The notes beneath the pieces were generated by a model. The model ran no database searches, was not told the origin of the DNA, and saw only the letters and a program-made list of their open reading frames with translations. A DNA stretch of 64,000 nt from Thermoanaerobaculia bacterium (GTDB taxonomy: Bacteria > Acidobacteriota > Thermoanaerobaculia > UBA5066): the NCBI GenBank assembly GCA_963719225.1, contig CAVRAY010000001.1, positions 1,632,001 to 1,696,000 of the forward strand. The letters run 5' to 3'. Every line of letters starts with the position of its first letter. Position 1 is the stretch's first letter. Made by a program: the position numbers and the translations under genes. Of the stretch, positions 1 through 12,274 are shown one piece after another.

Positions 1-1
1 C

Positions 2-877
2 CTTGCCGAGCCCGTGCGCCATGCCATCGCGGCCTGCGAAAGCGCGTTCTCCGTCGCACACCCTTCGCTTTCGGCGAACCTCCCGGTTTCTCCTCTCTGG
101 GTCAGAGGCGACCCGGACCGGCTCGAGCAGATCGTCCTCAACCTGCTCCAGAACGCGCTGAAATACACGCCGTCGGACGGCCACGTGTGGATCAGCCTCT
201 TCGAGGGAAACGACGAGGCCATCCTTCGCGTGCGGGACGACGGCTTCGGGATCCCAACGGATCTCCTCGAGAGGATCTTCGATCTCTTCGCGCAGGCGCC
301 GCAACCGCTGGCCCGGACACAGGGCGGGCTCGGCATCGGTCTCAGCCTCGTCCGGACGCTCGTCGAGCGCCACGGGGGGAAGGTGAGCGCGGCGAGCCAG
401 GGGCCCGGACTCGGAAGCGAGTTCGTGGTGAGACTGTCGCTCTCGGAGCCTCCCGAGAGGAGCGAAACACCCGCTCCCGGGCCCGCGCCGCACGTCGTCC
501 GTCCTCTCCGCGTCCTCGTCATCGAGGACAACGCCGACATGCGCGATTCGATGCGCGACCTCCTCCACCTGTGGGGCCACATGTCGGAAGGCGCGGCCGA
601 CGGCCTCGAAGGCCTCGCTCAGGTTCTCCTCTTCAAGCCGGATGTCGCGCTCGTCGACCTCGGGCTTCCCCGGATGGACGGGTACGAGGTCGCCCGCCAG
701 ATCAGAGGGCAGGAAGGGGGCGTCCGCGTGCTCCTCATCGCCCTGAGCGGCTACGGGCAGCCCGCGGACCGCGAGGCGGCCGATGCCGCTGGGTTCGACA
801 GGCACATCGTCAAGCCGCCCGACCTCGTGGAGCTGGAACGTCTGCTGGCGGAGGAAGCGATGCGGCGATTCAATTGA
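2..877 (+). CDS. Hybrid sensor histidine kinase/response regulator (5'-truncated by window edge)
   Basis: HATPase boxes (LNLLQNALKYT, VRDDGFGI, GGLGIGL) followed by a REC domain (VLVIEDN, DLGLPRMDG, KP); frame open to the left edge. Confidence 0.9.
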   Translation, partial: LAEPVRHAIAACESAFSVAHPSLSANLPVSPLWVRGDPDRLEQIVLNLLQNALKYTPSDGHVWISLFEGNDEAILRVRDDGFGIPTDLLERIFDLFAQAPQPLARTQGGLGIGLSLVRTLVERHGGKVSAASQGPGLGSEFVVRLSLSEPPERSETPAPGPAPHVVRPLRVLVIEDNADMRDSMRDLLHLWGHMSEGAADGLEGLAQVLLFKPDVALVDLGLPRMDGYEVARQIRGQEGGVRVLLIALSGYGQPADREAADAAGFDRHIVKPPDLVELERLLAEEAMRRFN

Positions 878-892
878 CCGTGCCGTTCGGGG

Positions 893-3184
893 TCATCCCT
901 CGAGGCCCAGCCTCTTCAGGAGCTCGAGGAATCGCGGCTCGCTCCGAAGAGGGTCGAAACGGGGATGGACCTTCAGCCAGACGAGCGTGGAGTCGTGCTC
1001 GTCGTACGCGCGCTCGAGCCATTCCAGCGCGAATCCGGTTTCCCCGAGGCGCGCGTAGATCGACGCGAGTCCCCAGGGAGAGACGTATTGCCGGTCGCGC
1101 CGCGCCTTGAGCTCCTCGAGAACGTCGAGAGCCTCCTGCCGCCGACCCGCGACCGCGCAGGCGTTCGCGAGCCCGATCGACGGATCCGCGACGGTGTTCC
1201 CGGCGAGCGCGACGGCCCTCTCGTAGTGCCGGATCGCCTCGTCGATCCTCCCGCACGACTCGAGGGCACGCGCGAGGTCGCTGTGGCCGGCCAGGAAGTC
1301 GGGATCGAGCTCCAGCGCCTTGCGGTACGCCTCGATCGCCTCGTCGTAGCGGCGCGCGTAGAAGAGGACGTCCCCGACGGCCGTGTGGATGATCACGGAG
1401 AGAGGATCGAGCTCCAGGGCGCGGCGCGCCTCGGTGATCGCCTCTTCGTGGCGGCCCAGCCCCGAGAGGAGCTGCCCGTACCAGCGGTGGCCCGTCGCGT
1501 AGCCGGGACTCAGCCGCACGGCGTCCCGGAATTCCCGCTCCGCCGAGGACCACTCCCAATCGTAAAAGCGGCGCACGAATCCGAGAGAGGCATGGGCTTC
1601 CGCGAGGTTGGGGTCGAGCTCGAGGGCGCGCAGAGCGGCGCTCTTGGCCTGCGGGAAGGCCTCGGAGGGCGGCAGCGCCTTGATGTTGCCGAGCACGCCG
1701 AAGGCATCGGCAATCCCTCCCCACGCAAGGGCATACGATGGATCCAGCTCGATCGCGCTCTCGTAGTTTTGGATCGCGGCGCGCATGCCTTCGGGTGTCC
1801 ACTTGTTCCAGAAGAAACGTCCTTTCAGATAGAGCTGATACGCCTCGGCGTTCCGCGTGTGCTGCTTGGCGACCTTCCGCCTTTCCGGAGCGCTCAGCTT
1901 GAAGCGCAGGTGCTCGCAGATCTCGTGTGAGATTCCCTCTTCGATCGCGAGGAGGTCCTGCATCGGCCGCTCGTAGCGTGCTCCCCAGAGTCGGAATCCG
2001 GAGGAGACGTCCACGAGCTCCGCCTGCACGCGCAGGAGGTCGCCGACCTTCGAAAGGCGGCCGGTCACGACGGCGCGTACGTCGAGCTCGCGGCCCGCGG
2101 CCAGAGGATCGATCTCGCGTCCGGAAAAGCGAAAAACGGTGCTCCGCGCCATGACGCGAAGCTTCGGGAGATGGGAGAGCGTGTCGATCAGGCGTTCCGT
2201 GATGCCGTCTCCGAGGTAGTCGTGTTCGCTCTCGCCGCCGGCGTTCACGAGGGGCAGCACCGCGACCGAATCGATGGCCTTTCTCTTCCGGCTTCGCGAA
2301 GGCCCCGAGGCAGAAGCTTCGAGGAGTTCGCGGAGTCGCGTCGCGAGGACGACAGCCGAGGAGGCGCGGCGGGCGGGGTCCTTCTCGAGACACTGCCGCA
2401 CGATGTCTTCGACGGCGGCGGGGACGTTTGCGCCGGACGTCTTCGGCGGCTGTTCGTGAAGAATCGCCGTCATGATCTCGGCCGCGGTCTCCTTCTGGAA
2501 CGCCCGGCGACCGGTCAACATTTCGTAGAGGATTGCGCCGAAGGAAAAAACATCCGAGCGCGCGTCGGCAGGCAAGCCGCGCACCTGTTCGGGGGACATG
2601 TAGCCGACAGTGCCGAGGACGGTCCCCGGCTCCGTCGGGCGCGTCAGCGTCGGCGCATCCGCCTCAGGAGAGGAAACGCCCGCCGTCAGGTCCTTCGCGA
2701 GGCCGAAATCCAGGACCTTCGCCCGGCCGTCGCTCGTGATCATGACGTTCTCGGGCTTCAGGTCGCGGTGGACGACGTTCTTCTGGTGTGCCGTCGCGAG
2801 GCCCTCCGCGATCTGCCGGGCGAGGTCGAGAGCCGTGCGCGTCGGAAGGGGTCCCGAAAACAGGCGGTGCCGGAGCGTTTCGCCTTCGACGAGCTCCATG
2901 ATCAGGAGATGACGCGTCGACGATGAGGAAGAGAGGGGACCGGGGATTTCTTCGAATGAGTAGATGGCAGCGATTCCGGGATGATTGAGCGCTGCGAGTA
3001 GCCGGGCCTCCCTCTCGAACCGCTCTTTCCTCTCTTCACCTTCTAGGAAATCCTCCGGCAGTACCTTTACCGCGACCTCCCTCGCGAGCCGCAGGTCTCT
3101 CGCCCGATAGACTTCGCCCATCCCGCCGGCCCCGAGGGGCTCGAGGATCTCGAAAGACCCGAACCGGGTACCCGAGGGAATCAA
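893..3184 (-). CDS. Ser/Thr protein kinase with TolB-N-like and TPR domains
   Basis: [30 protein letters not shown]; then SVAVLPL...GITE domain and TPRs. TTG start at 3184 chosen by analogy with the paralogue at 13790. Confidence 0.92.
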   Translation of the reverse strand: MIPSGTRFGSFEILEPLGAGGMGEVYRARDLRLAREVAVKVLPEDFLEGEERKERFEREARLLAALNHPGIAAIYSFEEIPGPLSSSSSTRHLLIMELVEGETLRHRLFSGPLPTRTALDLARQIAEGLATAHQKNVVHRDLKPENVMITSDGRAKVLDFGLAKDLTAGVSSPEADAPTLTRPTEPGTVLGTVGYMSPEQVRGLPADARSDVFSFGAILYEMLTGRRAFQKETAAEIMTAILHEQPPKTSGANVPAAVEDIVRQCLEKDPARRASSAVVLATRLRELLEASASGPSRSRKRKAIDSVAVLPLVNAGGESEHDYLGDGITERLIDTLSHLPKLRVMARSTVFRFSGREIDPLAAGRELDVRAVVTGRLSKVGDLLRVQAELVDVSSGFRLWGARYERPMQDLLAIEEGISHEICEHLRFKLSAPERRKVAKQHTRNAEAYQLYLKGRFFWNKWTPEGMRAAIQNYESAIELDPSYALAWGGIADAFGVLGNIKALPPSEAFPQAKSAALRALELDPNLAEAHASLGFVRRFYDWEWSSAEREFRDAVRLSPGYATGHRWYGQLLSGLGRHEEAITEARRALELDPLSVIIHTAVGDVLFYARRYDEAIEAYRKALELDPDFLAGHSDLARALESCGRIDEAIRHYERAVALAGNTVADPSIGLANACAVAGRRQEALDVLEELKARRDRQYVSPWGLASIYARLGETGFALEWLERAYDEHDSTLVWLKVHPRFDPLRSEPRFLELLKRLGLEG

Positions 3185-3257
3185 GATCCTGAAGCGTATG
3201 ACGACGTCGCGGGCCCGCGACTCGCCCTCTTCACCTTCTAGGAAATACAATCCCCGG

Positions 3258-4982
<1,725 letters not shown>

Positions 4983-5109
4983 GGAAGAGCGAAGAGAAGA
5001 TTCTCTTGGAAGGGTGGAAGACGGGGCCGGGCGGTCGCGCCATCGAGCTCTATTCACTTTCTAAGAAGATTCTCTTCATCCGCGGCCCGGTTCTTGCGAG
5101 GTAGACTGC

Positions 5110-7095
5110 ATGTCGATGCCGGAGAGACGCATTCTTTTCGCCCTGGCCGCCACCTTCGTTGTACTTGCCATGCCGGTCGGCGCCCAGACCGGCGGCGGGG
5201 CCGTCGGGAAGACCTCGGCGAAGGACGCCCTGACCCAGAAAGAGAGCCGCCGCCGCGAGGCGGTAGAGCACTATTTGCGCGCGAAGCTGTACGCGCAGGA
5301 CAGCGAGTTCGAAGCCGCCGTCCGGGAGTTCAAGAAGGCCGTCGAGCTGGATCCGACCGACGGCGCTCTCCGGCGCGAGTACGGGGAGCTGCTGCGTGAC
5401 CTTCCCGTCTACGCGGAGGCCGAGAAGGAAGCGCGCAAGGCCGTCGAGCTCGAGCCCCGGAGCGCCGGCGCGCACCGTCTCCTCGGCCAGATCCTCCTCT
5501 CGACGGCGAAGGACGCGCCACGCCTGGAACAGGCCGCCGCCGAGCTGAAGAAGGCAAACGAGCTCGCCCCCGCCGATCCCCAGGGAGCCATCGCGTACGC
5601 CCAGGTCCTCCTGCGGCTCGATAAGCCGAAGGAAGCGTCGAGCGTTCTCGAGGGGGTCCTCGATCGGGCGAACGGACCCGCGGTCCTGCTCCTCTACGGC
5701 GAAACGCTCGAACGCAGCGGCCAGCTCCAGCAGGCCGAGGAGGTCTACAAGGGGCTCGGGAGGCTCGACCCGGAGAACCGCGCGGCCCTCCTGGGCCTTC
5801 TGCGCGTCTACGACCGTGGCCGCCAGTTCGACAAGGCTGCTCCCATCCTCCAGGAGTTCCTCAAGTCCCAGCCGGGCAACCTCGGGCTCAAGACCCAGTA
5901 CGCAGGCCTCCTGCTCCGTGGGCGCCGTTTCGCCGAGGCGCGGAAGATGTTCGAGGAAGTGCTCGCCGCCGATCCCGGGAACCGTGAGGCCCTGCGTCTC
6001 TACGCGGCGCTGCTGTCCGAGACGCGCGAGCCCGACAAGGCCGACGAGATTCTGCGCAAGCTCCAGTCGCTCGAACCAGACGATCTCGAAGCGCCCTATC
6101 GACGCGCCGTGAACTTCCTCGAGGCGCGGAGAATTCCCGAGGCGGAAGCGGTTCTCCGCGAGCTGCGCGCGGCGCTCGTCGCGAAGAAGCCGGACGCTCC
6201 GGAGGTCGGGCAGATCGACGGGCAGCTCGGGTACGCCGCGTATCTGCGTAAGGACTACGCGGCCGCCATCGCCCGCCTCGAGCCGCACCTGAGGGGCGAA
6301 GACGGCCTCAACCTGCAGGCCTACAACCTCCTCCTGCAGATCGCGCGGGACCGCGAAGACTGGCCCGCCGGCCTGAAGCTCGCGAAGGACGCATACGACA
6401 AGGCGCCCAGAAAAACCGCCCTGCTGCGGGCGAACTATGCCGAGTTCCTCCTGCGCTCTGCGGCGGCGACCGACCAGGCCGAAGGCGCGAAGATGCTCGA
6501 CGAGCTCGCGGCGGAGGACAAGACGGGGACGCTCGCGGCCGCGGACGCCTGGCAGCGTCTCGACAAGTACGGCCGCGCGGCGGCGGCGGCGCGGGCGGGT
6601 CTCGAGCGCGACAAGGAGGATCCGGACCTCCTCTTCCGGCTCGCCGCTTCGCTGGAGCGGGAGAAGAAGGTCGCCGAATCGGTGGACGCGTTCGAGAAGC
6701 TCCTGAAGGTGCGGGGCGACCATGCGCCGGGCCTCAATTACCTCGGCTACATGTGGGCGGACCGCGGCGAAAACCTGCCGCGGGCCCTCGAGCTCATCCG
6801 CAAGGCCGTCGAGCTGGAGCCCGGAAACGGCGCCTACCTCGATTCCCTCGGCTGGGTCTATTACCGGCTCAACAAGCTGGACAAGGCCGAGGAGAATCTG
6901 CGCGCGGCGGCCCTCTTGAATCCCGACGACGCGACCGTCGAGGAGCACCTCGGCGACCTCTTCGAGAAGAAGGGGGATCTCGCGCTCGCGCGATCGAGCT
7001 GGAAGCACGCGCTCACGCTCAAGCCCGACGAGGACGTGAAGCGCCGCCTCGACGAAAAGCTCGAGAAGACCGAAGGCCGCGCCGCGCAGAAGTGA
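5110..7095 (+). CDS. Secreted tetratricopeptide repeat protein
   Basis: Signal peptide, many TPRs, C-terminal LNYLGY...YLDSLGWVY...EHLGD typical of the TPR gene upstream of lolB/ispE. Confidence 0.88.
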   Translation: MSMPERRILFALAATFVVLAMPVGAQTGGGAVGKTSAKDALTQKESRRREAVEHYLRAKLYAQDSEFEAAVREFKKAVELDPTDGALRREYGELLRDLPVYAEAEKEARKAVELEPRSAGAHRLLGQILLSTAKDAPRLEQAAAELKKANELAPADPQGAIAYAQVLLRLDKPKEASSVLEGVLDRANGPAVLLLYGETLERSGQLQQAEEVYKGLGRLDPENRAALLGLLRVYDRGRQFDKAAPILQEFLKSQPGNLGLKTQYAGLLLRGRRFAEARKMFEEVLAADPGNREALRLYAALLSETREPDKADEILRKLQSLEPDDLEAPYRRAVNFLEARRIPEAEAVLRELRAALVAKKPDAPEVGQIDGQLGYAAYLRKDYAAAIARLEPHLRGEDGLNLQAYNLLLQIARDREDWPAGLKLAKDAYDKAPRKTALLRANYAEFLLRSAAATDQAEGAKMLDELAAEDKTGTLAAADAWQRLDKYGRAAAAARAGLERDKEDPDLLFRLAASLEREKKVAESVDAFEKLLKVRGDHAPGLNYLGYMWADRGENLPRALELIRKAVELEPGNGAYLDSLGWVYYRLNKLDKAEENLRAAALLNPDDATVEEHLGDLFEKKGDLALARSSWKHALTLKPDEDVKRRLDEKLEKTEGRAAQK

Positions 7096-7883
7096 GGGGG
7101 ACCCGAGCGCGGCAGCCCCGATTGCTTCGGGTTGCCGGTGGGGCTCTGGTCGCGGTGGTTTTCTTCTTAGAAAGTGGGTGCGTCAGCGGGAGCGGGCCGC
7201 GCGCGTCGAGTGCTGCCGCCGCGGCCACATCGACGGCGGCATCTCCCTCTTCCCCTTTCAAAGAAAACTCTTCGACAGCGTCTCCCGCTGCTTCTCTTCT
7301 TGAAGCGTACGAGAGGGCGCGGGTCGCGGCCTGGGATCCCGCCCGCCGCTTCAAAGCGCTCTTCAAGGCGGAGGTGTCGCCGAAGGCCGGCGCGGTGGGT
7401 CGCGGCTACCTCTCCGTCTGGTGGGACGGGGCGAGCGGCTCGCTCACGTGGCGGTCTTCGGCGCCGATCGCCGGAAGAGGAAGAGGGGGATTTCTTAGAA
7501 AGGGAAGAGGGGACGCCGGTGCCGCCGCGGCAGGTGCCGGTGCCGGCGGCGCCGGTCGCTCGCCGCTTCCTGGGAAAACCTCCGCGGATGACCTGATCGC
7601 CTGCGTCCTGGGCACGCCGGATGCCCCCGCCTCGTCCTCATTACCAGTCGACGAAACTCCGAGAGGCTTACTGCTGCGCATCGACGGCTCGAAGAGCTCC
7701 GTCCTCCTGGACCGGGAGGGAAAGCCGATTGAATTCTCTTTTCCGAACGACGAGACCGTGAAGCTGCAGCCGGGGGAAGGCGTGCCGCGCCGCATCGAGG
7801 CGAGCGGGCCGGAGGGCCGGGCGGTCCTCACTCTCGAATCCTATTCGTCGTGGCCGGAGAACGAGCGAGTGCCCCCGGCATGA
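7092..7883 (+). CDS. Putative lipoprotein at the syntenic position of lolB
   Basis: GTG overlaps the TPR gene stop; hydrophobic stretch and lipobox-like LESG-C; lies between TPR gene and ispE. Confidence 0.6.
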   Translation: MRGTRARQPRLLRVAGGALVAVVFFLESGCVSGSGPRASSAAAAATSTAASPSSPFKENSSTASPAASLLEAYERARVAAWDPARRFKALFKAEVSPKAGAVGRGYLSVWWDGASGSLTWRSSAPIAGRGRGGFLRKGRGDAGAAAAGAGAGGAGRSPLPGKTSADDLIACVLGTPDAPASSSLPVDETPRGLLLRIDGSKSSVLLDREGKPIEFSFPNDETVKLQPGEGVPRRIEASGPEGRAVLTLESYSSWPENERVPPA

Positions 7884-8818
7884 CCGGGGCCGGAAGGGCC
7901 ATCGTCGTCGAAGCGTTCGCGAAGGTGAACTGCTCGCTGCGCGTGCTGGGGAAGAGACCCGACGGTTTCCACGAGCTCGACACCATCTTCCAGACGGTGG
8001 ATCTCACCGACACGATGTATTTCTTAGAAGGTAAAGAGAAAGACGGCGCGGCGGGCGAGGTCTCTCTCACAATCGAGGGCGGCGCGTCGAAGGATCTGCC
8101 CGCGGACTCGAGCAACCTGATTCTCCGCGCCGCCAACGCGTTGCGCGAGAGGTTCGCGGTGCGCGCAGGCGCCCGTATTCACCTTTCTAAGAGAATCCCG
8201 ATCGGCGGCGGGCTCGGCGGCGGCAGTTCCAACGCTGCAGCGACCTTGAGGGCGCTCGACTCTCTCTGGCACTTGAACTCCTCTGACGCCGATCTCCACC
8301 GGCTCGCAGCCTCCCTCGGATCCGACGTGCCTTTCTTCCTTCTCGGCGGTCGCGCCCGGGGCACCGGGCGCGGCGAAATCCTGGAATCTCTTCTGGACGG
8401 CCCCGAAGAATGGCTCGTTCTCGTCTTTCCCCCGTTCTCTCTTTCCACGGCAGCGGTTTACGGCGCGTTTTCCGCGCCCGCGTTGACAGATTCCGCAGCC
8501 CAAACTAACCTGCGCGCCTCCGACTCCGGTGGCGGCCCGGACCGGAACGACCTGGAATCGGCGGCGGAGTCCCTCCGGGGAGAGTTGCGCGGGATCCGTC
8601 TGGCCCTGTCGGACCTCGGCGCGACGAGCGCACGCCTGTCCGGGAGCGGCTCGACGGTGTTCGGGGTATTCGGCGACGAAGAAAGCGCCCGTCGGGCGTT
8701 CGAAGGGCTCGAGGGATTGCGAAAAGAAATGATGGCGACGACGACGATCGTGAAGACCGTGTCGAAGGCGGCATTCGCGCGCCGCGCGACACCCACTGTC
8801 AGGGCGCAACGCGGATGA
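7880..8818 (+). CDS. ispE: 4-diphosphocytidyl-2-C-methyl-D-erythritol kinase
   Basis: AFAKVN, DGFHEL, KRIPIGGGLGGGSSNAA, GSDVPFF, LSGSGSTVF. Confidence 0.95.
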   Translation: MTGAGRAIVVEAFAKVNCSLRVLGKRPDGFHELDTIFQTVDLTDTMYFLEGKEKDGAAGEVSLTIEGGASKDLPADSSNLILRAANALRERFAVRAGARIHLSKRIPIGGGLGGGSSNAAATLRALDSLWHLNSSDADLHRLAASLGSDVPFFLLGGRARGTGRGEILESLLDGPEEWLVLVFPPFSLSTAAVYGAFSAPALTDSAAQTNLRASDSGGGPDRNDLESAAESLRGELRGIRLALSDLGATSARLSGSGSTVFGVFGDEESARRAFEGLEGLRKEMMATTTIVKTVSKAAFARRATPTVRAQRG

Positions 8819-8856
8819 TCCCGCTTTGCGCGAGAATCGAGGGCCGGACTTCCGGA

Positions 8857-8931
8857 TGGGGAGTCGACAAGTGGTAAGTCAGCGGTCTTTGGAACCGCCA
8901 TTCGGAGGTTCGAATCCTCCCTCCCCAGCCA
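8857..8931 (+). tRNA. tRNA-Gln(TTG)
   Basis: Cloverleaf with anticodon arm GCGGT-CT-TTG-GA-ACCGC, GGTTCGAATCC T-arm, encoded CCA; conserved ispE-tRNA-Gln-prs order. Confidence 0.96.
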
Positions 8932-8956
8932 AACTCCGCATCGCGGACCCGAAGGC

Positions 8957-9913
8957 GTGATGGAGCGTTTCCCGTACGGCGATCTCAAAGTCTTCGGAGG
9001 GCGGTCGCATCCGGCCCTCACGGGTGAGATCTGCCGGAACCTCGGCCGCGAGGCCGGCCGCGTCACGCTCTACAATTTTTCCGACGGGGAGAATTACTGC
9101 CAGATCGAGGAGAACGTCCGGGGCGCGGACGTGTTCATCGTGCAGCCCACGGGGCCGCCGGCGAACCACAACATCATGGAGCTCCTCATCATGCTGGACG
9201 CCTTCAAGCGCTCCTCGGCGTCGCGCGTCACCGCCGTGCTCCCGTATTACGGCTATGCGCGGCAGGACCGCAAGGACAAGCCGCGTGTCCCGATCACCGC
9301 GAAGCTCATCGCAGACCTCATCGTGGCGGCAGGTGCCGACCGCGTCCTGTGCGTCGACCTCCATGCCGCGCAGATCCAGGGCTTCTTCAACATCCCCGTC
9401 GACCACCTCTTCGCGGCGCCGGTCCTCCTCGACGCGATCCGCGACGCGAACCTCGACCCGCTCACCGTCGTCTCGCCCGACGCCGGCGGCGTCGAGCGCG
9501 CGCGTGCGTTCGCGAAACGTCTGGGCGCCGGTCTCGCGATCGTCGACAAGCGGAGGAAAGGAAAGAACGAGGTCGAGGTCCTGCACGTCATCGGCGACGT
9601 GAAAGACCGGAACGTCGTGGTGGTGGACGACATCATCGACACGGCAGGGACGCTCATCAACACGGTCATCGCGCTGAGGGACGCGGGTGCGCGCCGCATC
9701 TTCGCCGGATGCGTGCATCCCGTGCTGTCCGGCCCCGCGATCGATCGCATCAACGCGAGCCCCATCGAGCGCGTTTTCTGTACGAACACGCTTCCGCTCG
9801 ACGAGAAGCTCGCCCGCTGCCCTCTCGTTCAGCCACTCTCCATCGCACCCCTCCTGGCGGAGGCGACCCAGCGCATTCACCAGGGTGCGTCCGTTTCCTC
9901 TTTGTTCGTTTAG
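8957..9913 (+). CDS. prs: Ribose-phosphate pyrophosphokinase
   Basis: FSDGE, YYGYARQDRK, DLHAAQIQGFF, VSPDAGG, VDDIIDTAGT. Confidence 0.97.
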   Translation: MMERFPYGDLKVFGGRSHPALTGEICRNLGREAGRVTLYNFSDGENYCQIEENVRGADVFIVQPTGPPANHNIMELLIMLDAFKRSSASRVTAVLPYYGYARQDRKDKPRVPITAKLIADLIVAAGADRVLCVDLHAAQIQGFFNIPVDHLFAAPVLLDAIRDANLDPLTVVSPDAGGVERARAFAKRLGAGLAIVDKRRKGKNEVEVLHVIGDVKDRNVVVVDDIIDTAGTLINTVIALRDAGARRIFAGCVHPVLSGPAIDRINASPIERVFCTNTLPLDEKLARCPLVQPLSIAPLLAEATQRIHQGASVSSLFV

Positions 9914-10015
9914 GCCGGTCGTGGGGAAGGCCAAAATCTGATATTCTCTTCAGTTCTCCAACTGGACCGTCCGCCCGGAGAATTCTCTCCGGACCGGGCG
10001 CCCTGAAAGGAAACC

Positions 10016-10777
10016 ATGCTCCAGGAACACATCGTCGTCGAAGTCGAGAAGCGACTCACCACCGGAAAGAACGCCGCGAATCGCTTGCGGGCCCAGGACC
10101 AGATCCCGGCCGTCCTCTACGGGGGCGGCAAGGACATGGACACCTGGTCGCTCCAGGTGCCGCGCAAGACGCTTGCGACCCTCCTCAACAAGGGTCTGCA
10201 CTCCAACGCGATCTTCAAGCTCAATCTGAAGGGCACGGATCAGACGCGCCACGTCATGATCCGCGACCTCGCTCTCGATCCCGTTTCGCGGAAAATGCTG
10301 CACGTCGACTTCGTGCGCGTGCTTCTCGACAGAAGGCTTCGGGTCAAGAGCGAGATCGCGATCGAGGGCGTGCCGAACGGCGTCAAGAATGCCGGGGGCA
10401 TCCTGAACATCGTCACGCACGAGATCCTCATCGAGTGCCTTCCCGCGGACATTCCCGAGTCGGTGAAGGTGGACGTCTCCGGCATGGAAATGCACGACTC
10501 TCTCCGCGTGTCGGACCTCAAGCTCGGCGACAAGATCAGGGTCCTCGAGAAGGCGGATCGCGTGATCGCGCACGTCGGCGTGCCGAAGGCCGAGGAGGTC
10601 GTCGCTCCGGCCGCGGCCGAAGTGGTCGGCGTGGAGGGCGCCGCCGCTCTCGCCGTCGAGCCCGAGGTGATCAAGAAGGGCAAGAAGGAAGAGGAAGGCG
10701 CCGAGCCCGCCGCGGCCGGGAAGGCCGCGGTGCCGGCGAAACCCGAGGGCAAGGCGGAGAAGAAGGAAAAGAAATAG
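10016..10777 (+). CDS. rplY: 50S ribosomal protein L25/Ctc
   Basis: GKNAANRLR...IPAVLYG, HVDF, Ctc C-domain, EPEVIKKGK tail; follows prs. Confidence 0.95.
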   Translation: MLQEHIVVEVEKRLTTGKNAANRLRAQDQIPAVLYGGGKDMDTWSLQVPRKTLATLLNKGLHSNAIFKLNLKGTDQTRHVMIRDLALDPVSRKMLHVDFVRVLLDRRLRVKSEIAIEGVPNGVKNAGGILNIVTHEILIECLPADIPESVKVDVSGMEMHDSLRVSDLKLGDKIRVLEKADRVIAHVGVPKAEEVVAPAAAEVVGVEGAAALAVEPEVIKKGKKEEEGAEPAAAGKAAVPAKPEGKAEKKEKK

Positions 10778-11388
10778 GAACGGACGACCTCTTCCTCGTG
10801 GTGGGACTCGGCAATCCCGGCGACCGGTATTCCGGAACGCGCCACAACGTCGGCTTCGACGTCGTGCAGGCGTTCGCCCGGAAGGCCGCCGGCCGTCCGC
10901 CGCGCCTCGACCGGCTCGACTGTCGCGCGCTCACCGGGCGAATCAGGGTCGGAGATCATCCCGTCGTCGTCGCGCGGCCCCAGACCTACATGAACGCCTC
11001 GGGTGAGTCCGTGAAGGGTCTCGCGCTCAAGTACGAGGTCTCTCTCGAGAGGCTCATCGTCGTCTCCGACGACACGGCACTGCCCGTAGGCACGATCCGG
11101 ATTCGCCGGTCGGGTTCCTCCGGCGGCCAGAAGGGGCTGCAGTCCGTGATCGACTGCTTCGGCACGAACGCGGTCCCGCGGCTTCGTCTCGGCGTGCGCG
11201 GGGAGAACTTCCAGCCGGGAGAGGCGCTCGATACGTACGTGCTTTCACGATTCTCGAAGAAGGAACGCCCCGTCGCGGACGAGGCGATCGAATCGGCGTG
11301 CGAGGCCCTCGCGCTCTTCGTGACCGAGGGCATCGACGCCGCCATGAACCGTTTCAACCGCACGCCGGAGGAAGATCCGGCGAGCTGA
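10774..11388 (+). CDS. pth: Peptidyl-tRNA hydrolase (start uncertain: ATA at 10774 or GTG at 10798)
   Basis: VGLGNPG..Y..TRHNVG, PQTYMNASG, GSSGGQKG, RLRLGV, AMNRFN. Confidence 0.93.
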   Translation: MGTDDLFLVVGLGNPGDRYSGTRHNVGFDVVQAFARKAAGRPPRLDRLDCRALTGRIRVGDHPVVVARPQTYMNASGESVKGLALKYEVSLERLIVVSDDTALPVGTIRIRRSGSSGGQKGLQSVIDCFGTNAVPRLRLGVRGENFQPGEALDTYVLSRFSKKERPVADEAIESACEALALFVTEGIDAAMNRFNRTPEEDPAS

Positions 11389-11508
11389 ATCTCAACCCCC
11401 GTTCGCCGGCGTGCCGGCGAACCACAACCTTGGCTCGGCACCGGACTCCGGTCCACAGCCGCGCCTCGTGACCGGCTCTTGCCGGCGCGATCCAGAAGGA
11501 GGATCCCC

Positions 11509-11958
11509 GTGACCACCCCGAACCTTCAACGCCAGTACGACATGGTCTTTCTCGTCGTTCCCGAGAAGGATGAGGCGGGAGCCGTCGCCGTCGTCGACGA
11601 GTTTCGAAAGCTCCTCGTCGACAACGGCGCCACGATCGAGAAGGACGAATCGATGGGGCGCCGCCGCCTCGCCTACACGGTCAAGAAGAGGACCGAGGCG
11701 ACGTACCACAACTTCCTGTTCCGGGCCCCGACGGCGTGCGTCGCCGAGGTGCAGCGCAAGATGAGGCTCTCGGAAAACATCCTCCGGTTCCTCTCCGTGC
11801 GGATCGACGAGGAGGTCAAGCACGGGCTGAAGGTGGCGCGCAACACGAAGCCGCGCCGTCCGCGTCCCGACTCGTCCGAAGCCCCATACGCCGGTCCGTC
11901 CCCTGCTTCCCCCAACCTGCCCCCGGCCGAGCCGGCCGGCGATTCCCGTCCCGAGTGA
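11509..11958 (+). CDS. rpsF: 30S ribosomal protein S6
   Basis: YDMVF, MGRRRLAYTVKK, ILRFL; AAGGAGG before the GTG start. Confidence 0.93.
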   Translation: MTTPNLQRQYDMVFLVVPEKDEAGAVAVVDEFRKLLVDNGATIEKDESMGRRRLAYTVKKRTEATYHNFLFRAPTACVAEVQRKMRLSENILRFLSVRIDEEVKHGLKVARNTKPRRPRPDSSEAPYAGPSPASPNLPPAEPAGDSRPE

Positions 11959-11982
11959 CCGGGAAGGATCAGGAGAAACACA

Positions 11983-12234
11983 ATGGCCGCCCCCGTTCGC
12001 AAGCCCGTCAAGAAGAAATTCTTCGTTCGCCGCAAGCGCGTCTGCAAATTCACGGTCGAGAAAATCGGATACATCGACTTCAAGGACGTGAAGCTCCTCG
12101 CGGGATTCGTCCCCGAGCGGGCGAAAATCCTCCCGCGCCGGATCAGCGGGACGTCGGCGTTCTACCAGCGCAAGCTGGCGACCGCCATCAAACGGGCGCG
12201 CTACCTCGCGCTTCTGCCTTACGTCTCCGATTAA
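11983..12234 (+). CDS. rpsR: 30S ribosomal protein S18
   Basis: [34 protein letters not shown]. Confidence 0.97.
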   Translation: MAAPVRKPVKKKFFVRRKRVCKFTVEKIGYIDFKDVKLLAGFVPERAKILPRRISGTSAFYQRKLATAIKRARYLALLPYVSD

Positions 12235-12274
12235 GCGGGCCCTCGCCGTTCTCGGGGCGGCGCTCGCGGCGGCT

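Noticed and set aside
11390-11508. S6:S18 ribosomal leader RNA upstream of rpsF
   Set aside because: The position is right and hairpins are possible, but I could not confirm the consensus by eye; needs an Infernal/Rfam search
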